Assembly (NCBI GenBank): GCA_016125355.1
Contig: WGLX01000006.1
Coordinates: forward strand, 37,884-101,883
Length of the DNA: 64,000 nt
Source of the DNA: Actinomycetales bacterium
GTDB taxonomy: Bacteria; Actinomycetota; Actinomycetes; S36-B12
Reading direction: 5' to 3'
Within the stretch, counting starts at the first letter, position 1. Each line of letters begins with the position of its first letter. Under the pieces are notes generated by a model that saw only the letters and a program-made list of their open reading frames with translations, had not been told where the DNA came from and did not search any database. This document shows, one piece after another, positions 35,521-45,938 of the stretch. Position numbers and translations under genes: made by a program.

Positions 35521-36618
35521 TCAGGGCCGGGGTGGCAGGGGGGCATCGGGGCCCAGCAGCACGCGGACGTCCACCGTCGGATGCTCGTGGTCGACCGAGA
35601 TGTCGGCGTCGGGGAGCCCGAGGGCGACGGCCACCTCGTCCCCGGCGCGCGCTGCCTCGGCGGATCCGTCTGGCAGGAGGATCCTCGTGCGCGCCACATT
35701 CGCGTCACTCGGCGCCTCCAGCAGCACGCCCATCCCGGCGTCAGCCAACGACGTGCGGGCCCAGGTGGTGGCACCCACGGTCGCCCCCGCCTGCTGCACG
35801 ACCACGCGCAGCCGCCCCGGGTGGCCCGGCTCGAGCAGGGACGGCCCGAACATCTCCTTCAGCAGCGGATCGGCCGCCACTCGATCGATGACGGCCACCC
35901 GAGCCGGAGCTGCCCTCAGGTACGTCACGGGCAGGAGCGCCCGCGTCACCGACCGCTTGCGCGTGCCCCTGCCCACGAGCGACAGGATGGCGCTGGCATC
36001 CTCGTTCGTCACACTGGTTCGCGCCATCGAGCCGAGGCCGGTCAGCAGCTCGCCCACCGTCTGCGGCTCGTAGGGCACGCCCCTGAGGACCGGATCCAGC
36101 ACGAGGCCGAAGGCACCTGGACTCGCCGCCGCGCGCAGGTCGACCCGCGACCCCGTCGCATCGATGAGGCCCGTCCATGCCAGGCGGTCGAGGTCGATCA
36201 GGGCGTCGATCTGCACGCCCAGCAGCGTCTCGAGGGGCTCGTCTGCGGTGGCGGTCCCGGTCGGATCGCTGACCTGCGCCAGTCGCATCGGTGGGGTCGT
36301 CGGGAGCAGGAGGTCGCGGGGCAGCATGAGCTCGACGACGTGTGCGGTCTGCGGGTCCACCCCGAGCAGCACGTTGCTCACCGCGTTGCGGTCGGCGTCC
36401 CGGATGGTCAGCAGGGCCGTCACCTGGTCGGCGTCCAGCAGCGGACTCGGTCTCGAGGGCGATGGTGACGGTGAGGGCGTCGCCTGCGGTGGCCTCGACT
36501 GGCCGGAGCCGACGCGGTTCTGCCCCAGGAGCAGCCCGGCCACCAGGGAGGCCGCGACCACGATCAGCGCCACCAGCCCCGTGACACGCCAGGGGAACCG
36601 CTGGTGAGTCTGGCTCAC
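35521..36618 (-). CDS. Membrane-anchored LytR_C-domain (LCP-like) protein
   Basis: N-terminal TM segment ([20 protein letters not shown]), a Pro/Ser linker and a C-terminal LytR_C-like segment ([27 protein letters not shown]...). The GTG at 36618 overlaps the nadD stop. It lies between nadD and rsfS, as in other actinobacteria. Confidence 0.6.
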   Translation of the reverse strand: MSQTHQRFPWRVTGLVALIVVAASLVAGLLLGQNRVGSGQSRPPQATPSPSPSPSRPSPLLDADQVTALLTIRDADRNAVSNVLLGVDPQTAHVVELMLPRDLLLPTTPPMRLAQVSDPTGTATADEPLETLLGVQIDALIDLDRLAWTGLIDATGSRVDLRAAASPGAFGLVLDPVLRGVPYEPQTVGELLTGLGSMARTSVTNEDASAILSLVGRGTRKRSVTRALLPVTYLRAAPARVAVIDRVAADPLLKEMFGPSLLEPGHPGRLRVVVQQAGATVGATTWARTSLADAGMGVLLEAPSDANVARTRILLPDGSAEAARAGDEVAVALGLPDADISVDHEHPTVDVRVLLGPDAPLPPRP

Positions 36619-37229
36619 GCGGGGCTCCCGACCACCCCGTGGTAGAGACGATGCTTGGCGATGAGGTTCGCCACCCCCGTCGGCACGAGGTACCTGATCG
36701 GCCGGCCCTCGCGCACCCGGGCGCGGATATCCGTGGACGAGATCGACAGCGCCGGCACCTCGATCAACGAGACCCGTCCCGAGGGCAGTCCGGGATCGGC
36801 CAGTCGGTGACCGGGCCGGGTGACCCCCACGAGGTGGGCCGCCTCGAGGATGCGGTCGGGATCCCGCCACCCGAGGATCTCCGCGAGGGCATCCGCCCCG
36901 GTGATGAAGAACCACTCATGGTCCGCGCCCAGGCCCCCGGACTCCAGTTCGGCCCGAAGATCGCGCAGCGTGTCGACCGTGAAGGTCGGGCCGGTCCGGT
37001 CGATGTCGACGCGGGTCACGTGGAACCGTGGATCGGAGGCCGTGGCGACCACGGTCATGAGGTAGCGCACCTCGGCAGGAGCGCGGTCATCTGCCGACTT
37101 GTGGTAGGCCTCGCCCGTCGGGCTGAAGATGACACGGTCGAGCCCGAACCGATGGGCGGCCTCGGACGCCGCCACCAGGTGGCCGTTGTGGATGGGATCG
37201 AAGGACCCGCCCATCACGCCGATGCGCAT
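36615..37229 (-). CDS. nadD: Nicotinate-nucleotide adenylyltransferase
   Basis: [14 protein letters not shown] nucleotidyltransferase motif and a later ISSTDIR motif. Confidence 0.9.
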   Translation of the reverse strand: MRIGVMGGSFDPIHNGHLVAASEAAHRFGLDRVIFSPTGEAYHKSADDRAPAEVRYLMTVVATASDPRFHVTRVDIDRTGPTFTVDTLRDLRAELESGGLGADHEWFFITGADALAEILGWRDPDRILEAAHLVGVTRPGHRLADPGLPSGRVSLIEVPALSISSTDIRARVREGRPIRYLVPTGVANLIAKHRLYHGVVGSPA

Positions 37230-37261
37230 GGACCTCCTTCAGCAGGAGCGCTGCTGTGCGG

Positions 37262-37408
37262 TCAGTCGCCGACCTTGATCATCATCGTGACGATGAGCAG
37301 GAGCACGAGAGCCCCGAATGCGAAGCCACCGAAGACGTACGGGGAGACGTGGCTGCCCTCGGTGGCGGCCTCCTCGCTGGCCACGATGATCGCGTTAAGG
37401 GCGTGCAT
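37262..37408 (-). CDS. Small (48 aa) hydrophobic protein, not in the supplied ORF track
   Basis: MHALNAIIVASEEAATEGSHVSPYVFGGFAFGALVLLLIVTMMIKVGD. The ATG lies 5 nt after a strong AGGAGG. There is one C-terminal TM segment, and the ORF is co-oriented upstream of nadD. Confidence 0.5.
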   Translation of the reverse strand: MHALNAIIVASEEAATEGSHVSPYVFGGFAFGALVLLLIVTMMIKVGD

Positions 37409-37510
37409 TCCGTCCTCCTGTTCGGCGCGTACCCCCTCCGGCGGGGGCCAGCGGGCAGCCCCACTGTAGTGGGCCGACGCCTGCGCGGGCCCACTGTAGC
37501 GGGAAGCTCC

Positions 37511-38803
37511 CTAGGTCCGGATGTGCCCGTCGCCGGTCACCACGTAGGTGGTCGTGGTCAGTTCCGTGAGGCCCATGGGACCGCGCGCATGCAGCTTCTG
37601 GGTCGAGATGCCGATCTCGGCGCCGAAGCCGAACTCGCCACCGTCGGTGAAACGGGTCGAGGCATTGACCATGACCGCCGCCGAATCGACTCCCGAGACG
37701 AACCTCTGGATCACCGACTCGCTGTCGGAGACGATCGCCTCCGTGTGACCCGACGACCATCGCAGGATGTGCTCGACGGCGTCGTCGACGCTGTCCACGA
37801 TCCCGGCCGCGATGTCGAGGGAGTAGTACTCGGCCGCCCAGTCCTCGTCGGACACGTCGACGACGGCGACATCCGAGCCGGCCGCTCTCGCGACGATCTC
37901 GGCATCTCCGTGCACGGTCACGCCGGCGCCGCGCAGTGCCTCGAACGCCCGGGGCAGGAAGGCGTCCGCGATCGCACGATGGACGAGCAGGGTCTCCGCG
38001 GCGTTGCAGACGCTCACCCGCTGAGCCTTGCTGTTGATGAGGATGGCGATGGCCTTGTCGATGTCCGCGTGCTCGTCGACATACACGTGGCAGTTGCCCA
38101 CGCCCGTCTCGATGACCGGCACGGTCGAGTTGTCGACCACATTGCGGATGAGTTTCTCTCCCCCGCGCGGGATGAGCACGTCGACCAGCCCCCGGGCGGT
38201 CATGAGGTGGCTGACGGAGTCATGCGTCTGCCCGGGCACCTGCTGGATGGCGTCCGCGGGCAGCCCGGAGGCGATCAGCGCCTCGCGCATCACCTCGATC
38301 AGGGCGGCATTGCTCGACGCCGCAGAGGACGAGCCGCGGAGCAGGGCCGCATTGCCGCTCTTCAGGCACAGTCCGGCTGCGTCGACCGTGACGTTGGGCC
38401 GGGCCTCGTAGATCATGCCCACGACGCCGAGCGGAACGCGCACCTGGCGCACCTGGAGGCCGTTCGGCAGGGTGTACCCGCGGATGACCTCGCCCACGGG
38501 GTCCGGCAGGGCGGCGACCTCGCGGAGGGCACCGGCGATCGATCCGATGCGCTCGGGGGTCAGGGTGAGGCGGTCGATCAGCGCGGCGGAGGTGCCGTTC
38601 GCCGTGGCCCGCTCGATGTCGATGCGGTTGGCCGCGACGATGCGGTCGACGGCTGACTCGAGGGCGTCGGCGAGTGCTGCGAGTGCTGCATCCTTCTGGT
38701 TGCGGGTGAGGCGGCGGAGGGTCACCGCAGCCGATCGCGCCCGTCGCGCGACCGCCCGGACCTGCTCACGCTCGTCCACGGGTTCCACCACGACCGATGT
38801 CAT
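37511..38803 (-). CDS. proA: Glutamate-5-semialdehyde dehydrogenase
   Basis: ...[11 protein letters not shown]..., [13 protein letters not shown] and a C-terminal LTTTTYVV motif. Confidence 0.9.
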   Translation of the reverse strand: MTSVVVEPVDEREQVRAVARRARSAAVTLRRLTRNQKDAALAALADALESAVDRIVAANRIDIERATANGTSAALIDRLTLTPERIGSIAGALREVAALPDPVGEVIRGYTLPNGLQVRQVRVPLGVVGMIYEARPNVTVDAAGLCLKSGNAALLRGSSSAASSNAALIEVMREALIASGLPADAIQQVPGQTHDSVSHLMTARGLVDVLIPRGGEKLIRNVVDNSTVPVIETGVGNCHVYVDEHADIDKAIAILINSKAQRVSVCNAAETLLVHRAIADAFLPRAFEALRGAGVTVHGDAEIVARAAGSDVAVVDVSDEDWAAEYYSLDIAAGIVDSVDDAVEHILRWSSGHTEAIVSDSESVIQRFVSGVDSAAVMVNASTRFTDGGEFGFGAEIGISTQKLHARGPMGLTELTTTTYVVTGDGHIRT

Positions 38804-38851
38804 GGAGCGACCCTACCGAGGGGCCCTCCGGGGGGCTCCCCTCAGACCGGG

Positions 38852-39253
38852 CTAGAACGGGGTCACCCGTCCGGTGGCGACCAGTCCCGGCTGCTCGTGG
38901 ACGAAGCGTCCCCGGCGATGGAAGGTCTCCCGATCGACGACCTCGACGCCGACCACGCGCCATCGTGGCAGCTGCGCCGAGGCGACGTGCTCGTCCCACA
39001 GCAGCACCGCCATCCGCAGGGCGGCCGCGACGTCGGACGCCTCCTCCCAGTAGCGGACCTCAGCGCGATCGCTCGCGTAGCGACCGGACAGCAGGAAGGG
39101 GTGCTCCTCGCTCAGCCGCTCGAGGGCGCCCCTGATCTCCGGCTCCGGCACCGCGGTGCCCGCGACGGTCAGGGTGATGTGCCACATGGGGCGCCGATCC
39201 GGTTGGTCGGAGGTGTCGACGACACGCAGGGGCTCGGCTCCGTCCACTCTCAC
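38852..39253 (-). CDS. Hypothetical protein between proB and proA
   Basis: The ORF shows coding-like composition but I recognise no motif. An alternative ATG start at 39187 (MWHITLTV...) is possible. Confidence 0.45.
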   Translation of the reverse strand: MRVDGAEPLRVVDTSDQPDRRPMWHITLTVAGTAVPEPEIRGALERLSEEHPFLLSGRYASDRAEVRYWEEASDVAAALRMAVLLWDEHVASAQLPRWRVVGVEVVDRETFHRRGRFVHEQPGLVATGRVTPF

Positions 39254-39274
39254 CCCCTGCGGTGATCACATCCC

Positions 39275-40405
39275 TCAGCCCGACAGGACCACCAGGTCAT
39301 CACGATGGACGACCTCGCGCTCGTACGCCGGGCCCAGCTCCTTGGCCAGTTCCCTTGTGGAGCGACCGAGCAGGCCCGGCAGCTCCTGTGCATCAAAGTT
39401 GACCAGACCGCGCGCGACTGTGTTGCCGTTTTGGTCCATAAGGTCCACCGGATCCCCCGCCGTGAACGTGCCCTCGATGGCGGTGATCCCCGCCGGGAGC
39501 AACGACTTGCGGCGTTGGATGACCGCGGTGACGGCGCCGTCGTCGAGCACGAGTCGCCCCTGCGGGGCGGTGGCGTGCGCCAGCCAGAGCAGACGCGATG
39601 AGGTGCGCCGACCGGTGGGGTGGAACACCGTTCCGACCTCCGCCCTGGCGAGGGCGGCATCGACCCTCTCGGCAGAGGTGAGCAGCACGGGGATCCCCGC
39701 GGCATTCGCGATGCTGGCTGCCTCCACCTTGGTCGTCATCCCGCCGAGCCCGACGCCCGAGGCGCCCGTGCCGCCGATACGCACGCCGTCGAGGTCGCCA
39801 GGGCCGGAGATGTCGGTGATGAGCGTCGCACCGGCGCGCGTCGGCGGGCCGTCGTACAGTCCGTCCACGTCGGAGAGCAGGACGAGCGCGTCCGCCTGCA
39901 CGACGTGCGCGACCAACGCCGCCAGCCGGTCGTTGTCCCCGAAGCGGATCTCGTCGGTGGCCACGGTGTCGTTCTCATTGACGATCGGCACGATCCCGAG
40001 GTCGAGCAGCCGGAAGAGCGTGCGCTGCGCATTGCGGTAGTGGGTACGCCGGATGACGTCGTCTGCGGTGAGGAGCACCTGGCCGACCGTGAGGCCATGG
40101 CGAGCGAAGGCGCGCGTGTACTGCGCCACCAGGATGCCCTGGCCGACGGATGCCGCCGCCTGCTGCGTCGCGAGGTCTCGCGGCCGGCGGGCGAGCCCGA
40201 GGGTGGGGAAGCCGGTGGCGATGGCGCCGCTGGAGACGAGGACCACCTGGTGCCCGGCCTGGCGACGGGCGGCGATCTGGTCCACAAGTGCGTCGATGCG
40301 GCCCACGTCGAGGCCGCCGGCACTGAGCGTCAGTGAGGAGGAGCCCACCTTGACCACCACCCGGGCGGCCTCCGCGATCTGGCGGCGAACGTCAGGGGCG
40401 GTCAT
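39275..40405 (-). CDS. proB: Glutamate 5-kinase
   Basis: [18 protein letters not shown] and a C-terminal PUA domain. I trimmed the start to the ATG at 40405 (40414 also possible), which overlaps the obg 3' end. Confidence 0.85.
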   Translation of the reverse strand: MTAPDVRRQIAEAARVVVKVGSSSLTLSAGGLDVGRIDALVDQIAARRQAGHQVVLVSSGAIATGFPTLGLARRPRDLATQQAAASVGQGILVAQYTRAFARHGLTVGQVLLTADDVIRRTHYRNAQRTLFRLLDLGIVPIVNENDTVATDEIRFGDNDRLAALVAHVVQADALVLLSDVDGLYDGPPTRAGATLITDISGPGDLDGVRIGGTGASGVGLGGMTTKVEAASIANAAGIPVLLTSAERVDAALARAEVGTVFHPTGRRTSSRLLWLAHATAPQGRLVLDDGAVTAVIQRRKSLLPAGITAIEGTFTAGDPVDLMDQNGNTVARGLVNFDAQELPGLLGRSTRELAKELGPAYEREVVHRDDLVVLSG

Positions 40406-41798
40406 CGGCGCCATCCCTGTGACCGTGGCCCGGCAGCTCATCGAGGCGCGCCTCCAGACGGACGTCACTGCCGCGGGGTCCGCTGTGCGGCGCCTCCCCC
40501 GCGTATATCGACGGCTGCCACTCGAAGACGACGGCGTCGTCATCCGGCCCGATCATGACCGTGCACCCGGGCGTGGCACCCACTTCGAGCAGGCGCTCCT
40601 CCACGCCGAGGCGCGCGAGCCGATCGGCCAGGTAGCCCACGGCCTCGTCGTTGCTGAAGTCCGTCTGCCGAACCCAGCGCTCTGGGCGGGCTCCGCGGAC
40701 GCGGAAGCCCTCGGGCTCCTCGGTGACGGTGAAGCCCTCGTCGTCGACCGCGCGCGGCGAGATCACGACCCGCACCGGCTCGTCCACGACCTGCGCCGCT
40801 CGGGCCTCCATGACCCGCTCCGCCATCGCGAACGACAGCGGACGCAGGCCCTCGTGGGTCGCGGCGGAGATCTCGTAGACCGGGTAGCCGCGCTCCTCGA
40901 GCAGCGGTCGCACGAGGTCCGCCATGACGCGCGCGTCGGGCACGTCGATCTTGTTGAGGGCCACCAGGCGCGGGCGATCGTCGAGTCCGCCGTACTGGGC
41001 GAGCTCACGCTCGATGGTGTCGAGGTCGTCGACGGGATCGCGGCCCGGCTCCATGGTCGCGCAGTCGAGCACGTGGACCAGCACGCTGCACCGCTCGACG
41101 TGGCGCAGGAACTCCAGTCCGAGTCCCTTGCCCTCGCTGGCGCCCGGAATGAGTCCCGGAACGTCCGCCATAGTGAAGACGACCTCGCCGGCCGTGACGA
41201 CGCCGAGGTTGGGGACGAGAGTCGTGAAGGGGTAGTCGGCGATCTTGGGCCGGGCGGCCGACATCGCGGCGACCACGCTGGACTTGCCGGCGCTGGGGAA
41301 GCCGACGAGCGCCACGTCGGCCACCGTCTTGAGCTCGAGCACGACGTCGCGGTGCTCGCCGGGCTCGCCGAGGAGTGCGAAACCTGGCGCCTTGCGACGT
41401 GGCGAGGCCAGCGCCGCATTGCCCAGCCCCCCTCGACCGCCATGCGCGATGATGAACGAGGACCCTGGGGCGATGAGGTCCGCGAGGACCTCGCCCTTCG
41501 GAGTCGTGACAACGGTGCCGCTCGGCACGCGCAGCACGATGTCGTCGGCGGCCGCGCCGTTGCGATTGCTGCCCTGACCGGGCTTGCCGTTGCCGGCCCG
41601 TCGGTGCGGCCCGTGGTGGAACTCCAGGAGAGTCGTCACGCCTGGGTCGACGACGGCGACGACGTCGCCACCGCGCCCGCCGTTGCCCCCGTCCGGACCG
41701 CCTAGGGGCTTGAACTTCTCCCGGAGGATGGAGACGCAGCCATTGCCGCCGTCGCCGCCCTGGGCGTGCAGGACGACCCGATCGACGAACGTGGCCAC
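40392..41798 (-). CDS. obg: GTPase Obg/CgtA
   Basis: [21 protein letters not shown]...[12 protein letters not shown] Obg fold, GFPSAGKSS (G1), DVPGLI and NKID motifs. Confidence 0.95.
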   Translation of the reverse strand: MATFVDRVVLHAQGGDGGNGCVSILREKFKPLGGPDGGNGGRGGDVVAVVDPGVTTLLEFHHGPHRRAGNGKPGQGSNRNGAAADDIVLRVPSGTVVTTPKGEVLADLIAPGSSFIIAHGGRGGLGNAALASPRRKAPGFALLGEPGEHRDVVLELKTVADVALVGFPSAGKSSVVAAMSAARPKIADYPFTTLVPNLGVVTAGEVVFTMADVPGLIPGASEGKGLGLEFLRHVERCSVLVHVLDCATMEPGRDPVDDLDTIERELAQYGGLDDRPRLVALNKIDVPDARVMADLVRPLLEERGYPVYEISAATHEGLRPLSFAMAERVMEARAAQVVDEPVRVVISPRAVDDEGFTVTEEPEGFRVRGARPERWVRQTDFSNDEAVGYLADRLARLGVEERLLEVGATPGCTVMIGPDDDAVVFEWQPSIYAGEAPHSGPRGSDVRLEARLDELPGHGHRDGADDRP

Positions 41799-41912
41799 GG
41801 GGTGATCCTCTCAGGTTCGATGGCGTTCGCGGCGACAGCCGCCCTGCCGTAATGACGAGGGAGGGGCAGGCACCCGGCCCGCCCCTCCCTCGAGGTGTCT
41901 GTGCGCTGCGTC

Positions 41913-42167
41913 CTACTCGGCAGCGACGATGCTGACGACGCGCCGACCGCGCGCCGTGCCGAACTGGACGGTGCCGGCGGCGAGGGCGAACAGGGTGTCG
42001 TCACCGCCGCGACCCACATTGGCGCCCGGGTGGAAGTGCGTGCCACGCTGCCGGACGATGATCTCGCCGGCGTTGACGGCCTGGCCGCCGAAGCGCTTCA
42101 CGCCGAGGCGCTGCGCGTTCGAGTCGCGGCCGTTGCGGGTGCTGGATGCGCCCTTCTTGTGTGCCAT
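41913..42167 (-). CDS. rpmA: 50S ribosomal protein L27
   Basis: [29 protein letters not shown]. Confidence 0.95.
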   Translation of the reverse strand: MAHKKGASSTRNGRDSNAQRLGVKRFGGQAVNAGEIIVRQRGTHFHPGANVGRGGDDTLFALAAGTVQFGTARGRRVVSIVAAE

Positions 42168-42173
42168 GTCAGT

Positions 42174-42491
42174 TCACTTCCCCGGGGTGATGTCGGTGAC
42201 CTTGACCGCGGTGAGCTCCTGACGGTGGCCCTGGCGACGGCGGTAGCCGGTCTTGTTCTTGTACTTGAGGATGTCGATCTTGGGCCCACGGCGGTGGTCC
42301 ACGATCTCCGCGGTGACGCTGGCCTTCGCCAGGACCGTGGGATCGGACGTCACCGTGGCGCCGTCGACGAGGAGCAGGACCGGCAACGCCAACGACGCAC
42401 CGGGCTCACCCGCCTGACGATCGAGCACAACGACGTCGCCGACTGCGACCTTCTCCTGCCGGCCGCCGGCGCGAACGATGGCGTACACCAC
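42174..42491 (-). CDS. rplU: 50S ribosomal protein L21
   Basis: [15 protein letters not shown]...[16 protein letters not shown]. Confidence 0.95.
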   Translation of the reverse strand: MVYAIVRAGGRQEKVAVGDVVVLDRQAGEPGASLALPVLLLVDGATVTSDPTVLAKASVTAEIVDHRRGPKIDILKYKNKTGYRRRQGHRQELTAVKVTDITPGK

Positions 42492-42572
42492 TTACTCCTG
42501 TCAGTCTGGAAGCACTTCGGGCAACACCCCCGAGGCACAAGGGTCAAGGATACGGATCGCGGTCCGTGAGGG

Positions 42573-45038
42573 TCAAACCGGGTCGGACACCGTCTCGCTG
42601 GCCTCGTCCACCTCTGTGACCTCCGTCACGTCGGGCTCGACGCCACCGGGCTCGCGATCGGCCTCGTCGAGGGCCTCCTCGACCGCGTCCTCCACCGCGT
42701 CGACCTCCATGTCGACGCCAGTCTCCTCGTCGGACGGCTCGTCATGCGAGGCCAGGGCGCGGGCGGCGGCCTCGGCCGGGTCCACGAAGCCGACGGGCTT
42801 GCGTCCCCGCGGCGAATCATGGTGGTGGTCGTCGCTCCCGTTCAGCGACACCCGAATCCCCCGGCCGTTGCAGTGGTCGCAGGTCTCGGAGAAGGACTCC
42901 AGGAGCCCAGAGCCGATGCGCTTCCGCGTCATCTGCACCAGGCCCAGCGAGGTCACCTCGGCGACCTGGTGCTTCGTGCGGTCGCGCCCGAGGCACTCGA
43001 CGAGCCGCCTGAGGACGAGATCGCGGTTGCTCTCGAGCACCATGTCGATGAAGTCCACGACGATGATGCCGCCGATGTCGCGCAGCCGGAGCTGCCGGAC
43101 GATCTCCTCCGCCGCCTCGAGGTTGTTCCTCGTGACGGTCTGCTCGAGGTTGCCGCCCTGGCCGGTGAACTTGCCGGTGTTGACGTCGACCACGGTCATC
43201 GCCTCCGTGCGGTCGATGACCAGCGAGCCACCGGACGGCAGGTAGACCTTGCGGTCGAGCGCCTTCATGAGCTGCTCGTCGACGCGGTACTCGGCGAACA
43301 GGTCCCGGGGCTCCACCCAGTGCTGCAGCCGCTCGGCCAGGTCTGGGGCGACGGCGCCGATGTAGGCGCTGATGGACGCCCACGCGGTGTCGCCCGAGAT
43401 GACGAGCGCGTTGACGTCCTCGTTGAAGATGTCGCGGACCACCTTGATGGCGAGGTCAGGCTCGCTGTAGAGCAGCGACGGCGGCGTGGCCGACGTGGCC
43501 GCCGCGTTGATGTCCTCCCACTGCGCCGTGAGGCGCGCGACGTCCTGCTCCAGCGCCAGCTCAGGGGCCCCCTCGGCCGCCGTGCGCACGATGACCCCCG
43601 CATCCTCCGGCATGACGCGCTTGAGGATCGACTTGAGGCGGCTGCGCTCGGTGTCCGGCAGCTTCCGGCTGATGCCGGTCATGGAGCCGTCCGGCACGTA
43701 GACGAGGAACCGGCCCGGCAGCGACACCTGGCTGGTAAGACGGGCGCCCTTCTGCCCCACCGGGTCCTTGGTGACCTGCACGAGCACGGGGTCGCCGGAC
43801 TTCAGGGCGAACTCGATGCGCTTCGGCTGGCCCTCGAGCCCGGCCGCGTCCCAGTTGACCTCGCCCGCGTAGAGGACCGCATTGCGGCCGCGGCCGATGT
43901 CGACGAAGGCCGCCTCCATGCTCGGCAGCACGTTCTGCACGCGGCCGAGGTACACGTTGCCGACCATCGACGACGCGGATCCGCGGGTGACGTAGTGCTC
44001 GACGAGGACGCCGTCCTCGAGGACGGCGATCTGGGTCCGGTCGCCCTTCTGGCGGACCGCCATGACCCGGTTGACCGACTCGCGCCGGGCGAGGAACTCC
44101 GCCTCGGTCAGGATCGGTGCGCGGCGGCGTCCGGCCTCGCGGCCCTCCCGGCGGCGCTGCTTCTTGGCCTCGAGTCGCGTGGATCCCTTGAGGGAGGTCA
44201 CATCGTCGCGGGCCGATCGCGGCTCACGTACCCGCACGACGGTGTTCGGCGGGTCGTCCGGCCAGCCGTCGGCGTCGCCGTCTCCCCCACGGCGGCGGCG
44301 GCGCCGACGACGCTTGGTGCCGGCGGAGTCGCCGTCCTCGGATTCCTCGGCGCCCTCCCCCGAGTCGGACTCGTCGGATGACTCACCCTCGTCGGCGGCG
44401 TCCTCACCCGAGCGACGCTTGCGGCCGCGGCCGCCACGGCGGCGGCGACGGCGGCGTCCGGACTCGGTGTCCTCCCCCGCCTCGGCGGAGTCGTCCTGCC
44501 CGTCAGCCTCTGACTCCTCGGCCGCCGGCTCCTCGGCCGGCTGTGCCGGCTCGGCCGCTGCCTTCTTGGTCGACGTGCGGGTCCGCTTCGCTTTCGGCTT
44601 CTCCTCGGGCTCCGCGTCGGTGATCTCGGGAGCCTTGAAGAGGGGGGCCACGCCCGGCGCTGTGGTCATGCGGGCGGCATCCCCTGCGGCCTCTGCCGTC
44701 GAGCCGCCCTCAGACGGCTCCGCCGCCTCGGCCGACGCGGCGGCCTTCTTCCGGGTCCGCTTCGCGGGCGCCTTCTTCTCGGCCTTCTCGGCCTTCGCGG
44801 CCTCCGCGGGCGCACCCGGCACCGACTCGGCCGGGGCCGCCGTCTTCTTCGTGGACTTGCGCGTGGACTTGCGCGGCGCCTTGGGAGCCTCGTCGGCGGT
44901 CTCCGCGGCCGGCGTGGCCTCGGGCGCCGACTCGGTCGCGGGCGGCCCCGCGGGCCGCGACGCCGCACGGCGCCGTGAGCGCTTGGCGGTCGCTGCCGTC
45001 ACGTCGGTTGCTGCTGAATCGCTGTTCTCGTCGACCAT
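42573..45038 (-). CDS. rne: Ribonuclease E/G (actinobacterial RNase E with Arg/Glu/Ala-rich N-terminal extension)
   Basis: S1 domain (GNVYLGRVQNVLPSMEAAFVDIG) and a catalytic core (...VIDRTEAMTVVDVNTG...). The ATG at 45038 is preceded by GAGGAG. Confidence 0.9.
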   Translation of the reverse strand: MVDENSDSAATDVTAATAKRSRRRAASRPAGPPATESAPEATPAAETADEAPKAPRKSTRKSTKKTAAPAESVPGAPAEAAKAEKAEKKAPAKRTRKKAAASAEAAEPSEGGSTAEAAGDAARMTTAPGVAPLFKAPEITDAEPEEKPKAKRTRTSTKKAAAEPAQPAEEPAAEESEADGQDDSAEAGEDTESGRRRRRRRGGRGRKRRSGEDAADEGESSDESDSGEGAEESEDGDSAGTKRRRRRRRRGGDGDADGWPDDPPNTVVRVREPRSARDDVTSLKGSTRLEAKKQRRREGREAGRRRAPILTEAEFLARRESVNRVMAVRQKGDRTQIAVLEDGVLVEHYVTRGSASSMVGNVYLGRVQNVLPSMEAAFVDIGRGRNAVLYAGEVNWDAAGLEGQPKRIEFALKSGDPVLVQVTKDPVGQKGARLTSQVSLPGRFLVYVPDGSMTGISRKLPDTERSRLKSILKRVMPEDAGVIVRTAAEGAPELALEQDVARLTAQWEDINAAATSATPPSLLYSEPDLAIKVVRDIFNEDVNALVISGDTAWASISAYIGAVAPDLAERLQHWVEPRDLFAEYRVDEQLMKALDRKVYLPSGGSLVIDRTEAMTVVDVNTGKFTGQGGNLEQTVTRNNLEAAEEIVRQLRLRDIGGIIVVDFIDMVLESNRDLVLRRLVECLGRDRTKHQVAEVTSLGLVQMTRKRIGSGLLESFSETCDHCNGRGIRVSLNGSDDHHHDSPRGRKPVGFVDPAEAAARALASHDEPSDEETGVDMEVDAVEDAVEEALDEADREPGGVEPDVTEVTEVDEASETVSDPV

Positions 45039-45182
45039 CGGGTCGTACTCCTCAATGGCGCACGCCGGTCTCCGCCGGCAGTGCGATCCACTCGTGCGTG
45101 GGACTCGCCCACGCAAAGCCTTCATCGGTCACGGAGTGCGGATCGCGCTTCGCGCGGCTTCCTCACTCCGCCGGCGACACCG

Positions 45183-45938
45183 CTACCTCGGCCCGGTCTC
45201 GCTCGCCCGATCCTGGGCGAGGGGGTCCATGACCACGGTGCCCGACTCATCGAGCGGCCCCTGTGCCAGCCGGGTCACCCGAGAGGGCTTCGGCGGCACG
45301 AGGTCGGCCACACGCCTGAGCGCGGACAGAATGTCGTCGGGTCGCACGGACGGGGTCCCGTGTCGCACGACCAAGGTGAGTATCGCACAGTCCGAGTCGT
45401 CCGGGGCGCAGGACGCCTCGGCACGGATGACCGCACCCCGCGCATTGAAGGTCCGCAGGCCCGACTTGGTCATCCGCTCGACGAGCACTTCGTCCGCCGC
45501 CAGGAGGGTGCTGATGGCCGCTGCGGCGTCCGTCAGGGAGACCTGGGGAAGCTCCACCCGCCAGACACTGGCCTCCAGACGGTTGGCGAAGTCCGACGTT
45601 CGGGCCTCGACCACCTCGACGACGTCGAGGCCCGGCGGCAGCGCCTCGTCGAGGGCACGGCAGACCTCAACGGGGTCGCAGCGCTGAGCCACGCCCAGCT
45701 CGACGTACTCCGCCTCGCTGGCCACGCCCGTAGGCGCTGAGTTGGCGTACGACACCTTGGGGTGCGGCGAGAAACCGGCGCTGTAGGCCATCGGCACGTC
45801 CGCACGACGCAGGGCCCGTTCCAGGGCCCGCTGGAAGTCACGGTGGCTGGAGAAGCGCAGCCGGCCGCGCTTGGCGTAGCGCAGGCGGAGACGCTGGACC
45901 GGGGGTGCGGTGTCCCGGTTCGGAGAGGGGCGGGCCAT
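45183..45938 (-). CDS. Radical-SAM-associated protein, TIGR03936/DUF2344 family
   Basis: ...RLRYAKRGRLRFSSHRDFQRALERALRRADVPMAYSAGFSPHPK.... The ATG at 45938 overlaps the upstream stop as ATGA. Confidence 0.7.
   Translation of the reverse strand: MARPSPNRDTAPPVQRLRLRYAKRGRLRFSSHRDFQRALERALRRADVPMAYSAGFSPHPKVSYANSAPTGVASEAEYVELGVAQRCDPVEVCRALDEALPPGLDVVEVVEARTSDFANRLEASVWRVELPQVSLTDAAAAISTLLAADEVLVERMTKSGLRTFNARGAVIRAEASCAPDDSDCAILTLVVRHGTPSVRPDDILSALRRVADLVPPKPSRVTRLAQGPLDESGTVVMDPLAQDRASETGPR

Noticed and set aside
42492-42572. Possible ribosomal-protein leader upstream of rplU
   Set aside because: I could not identify a convincing conserved structure by eye, so it needs a covariance-model search.
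45039-45182. Possible autoregulatory 5' UTR of rne
   Set aside because: This is plausible from what is known of RNase E autoregulation, but nothing in the sequence itself supports a specific structure.
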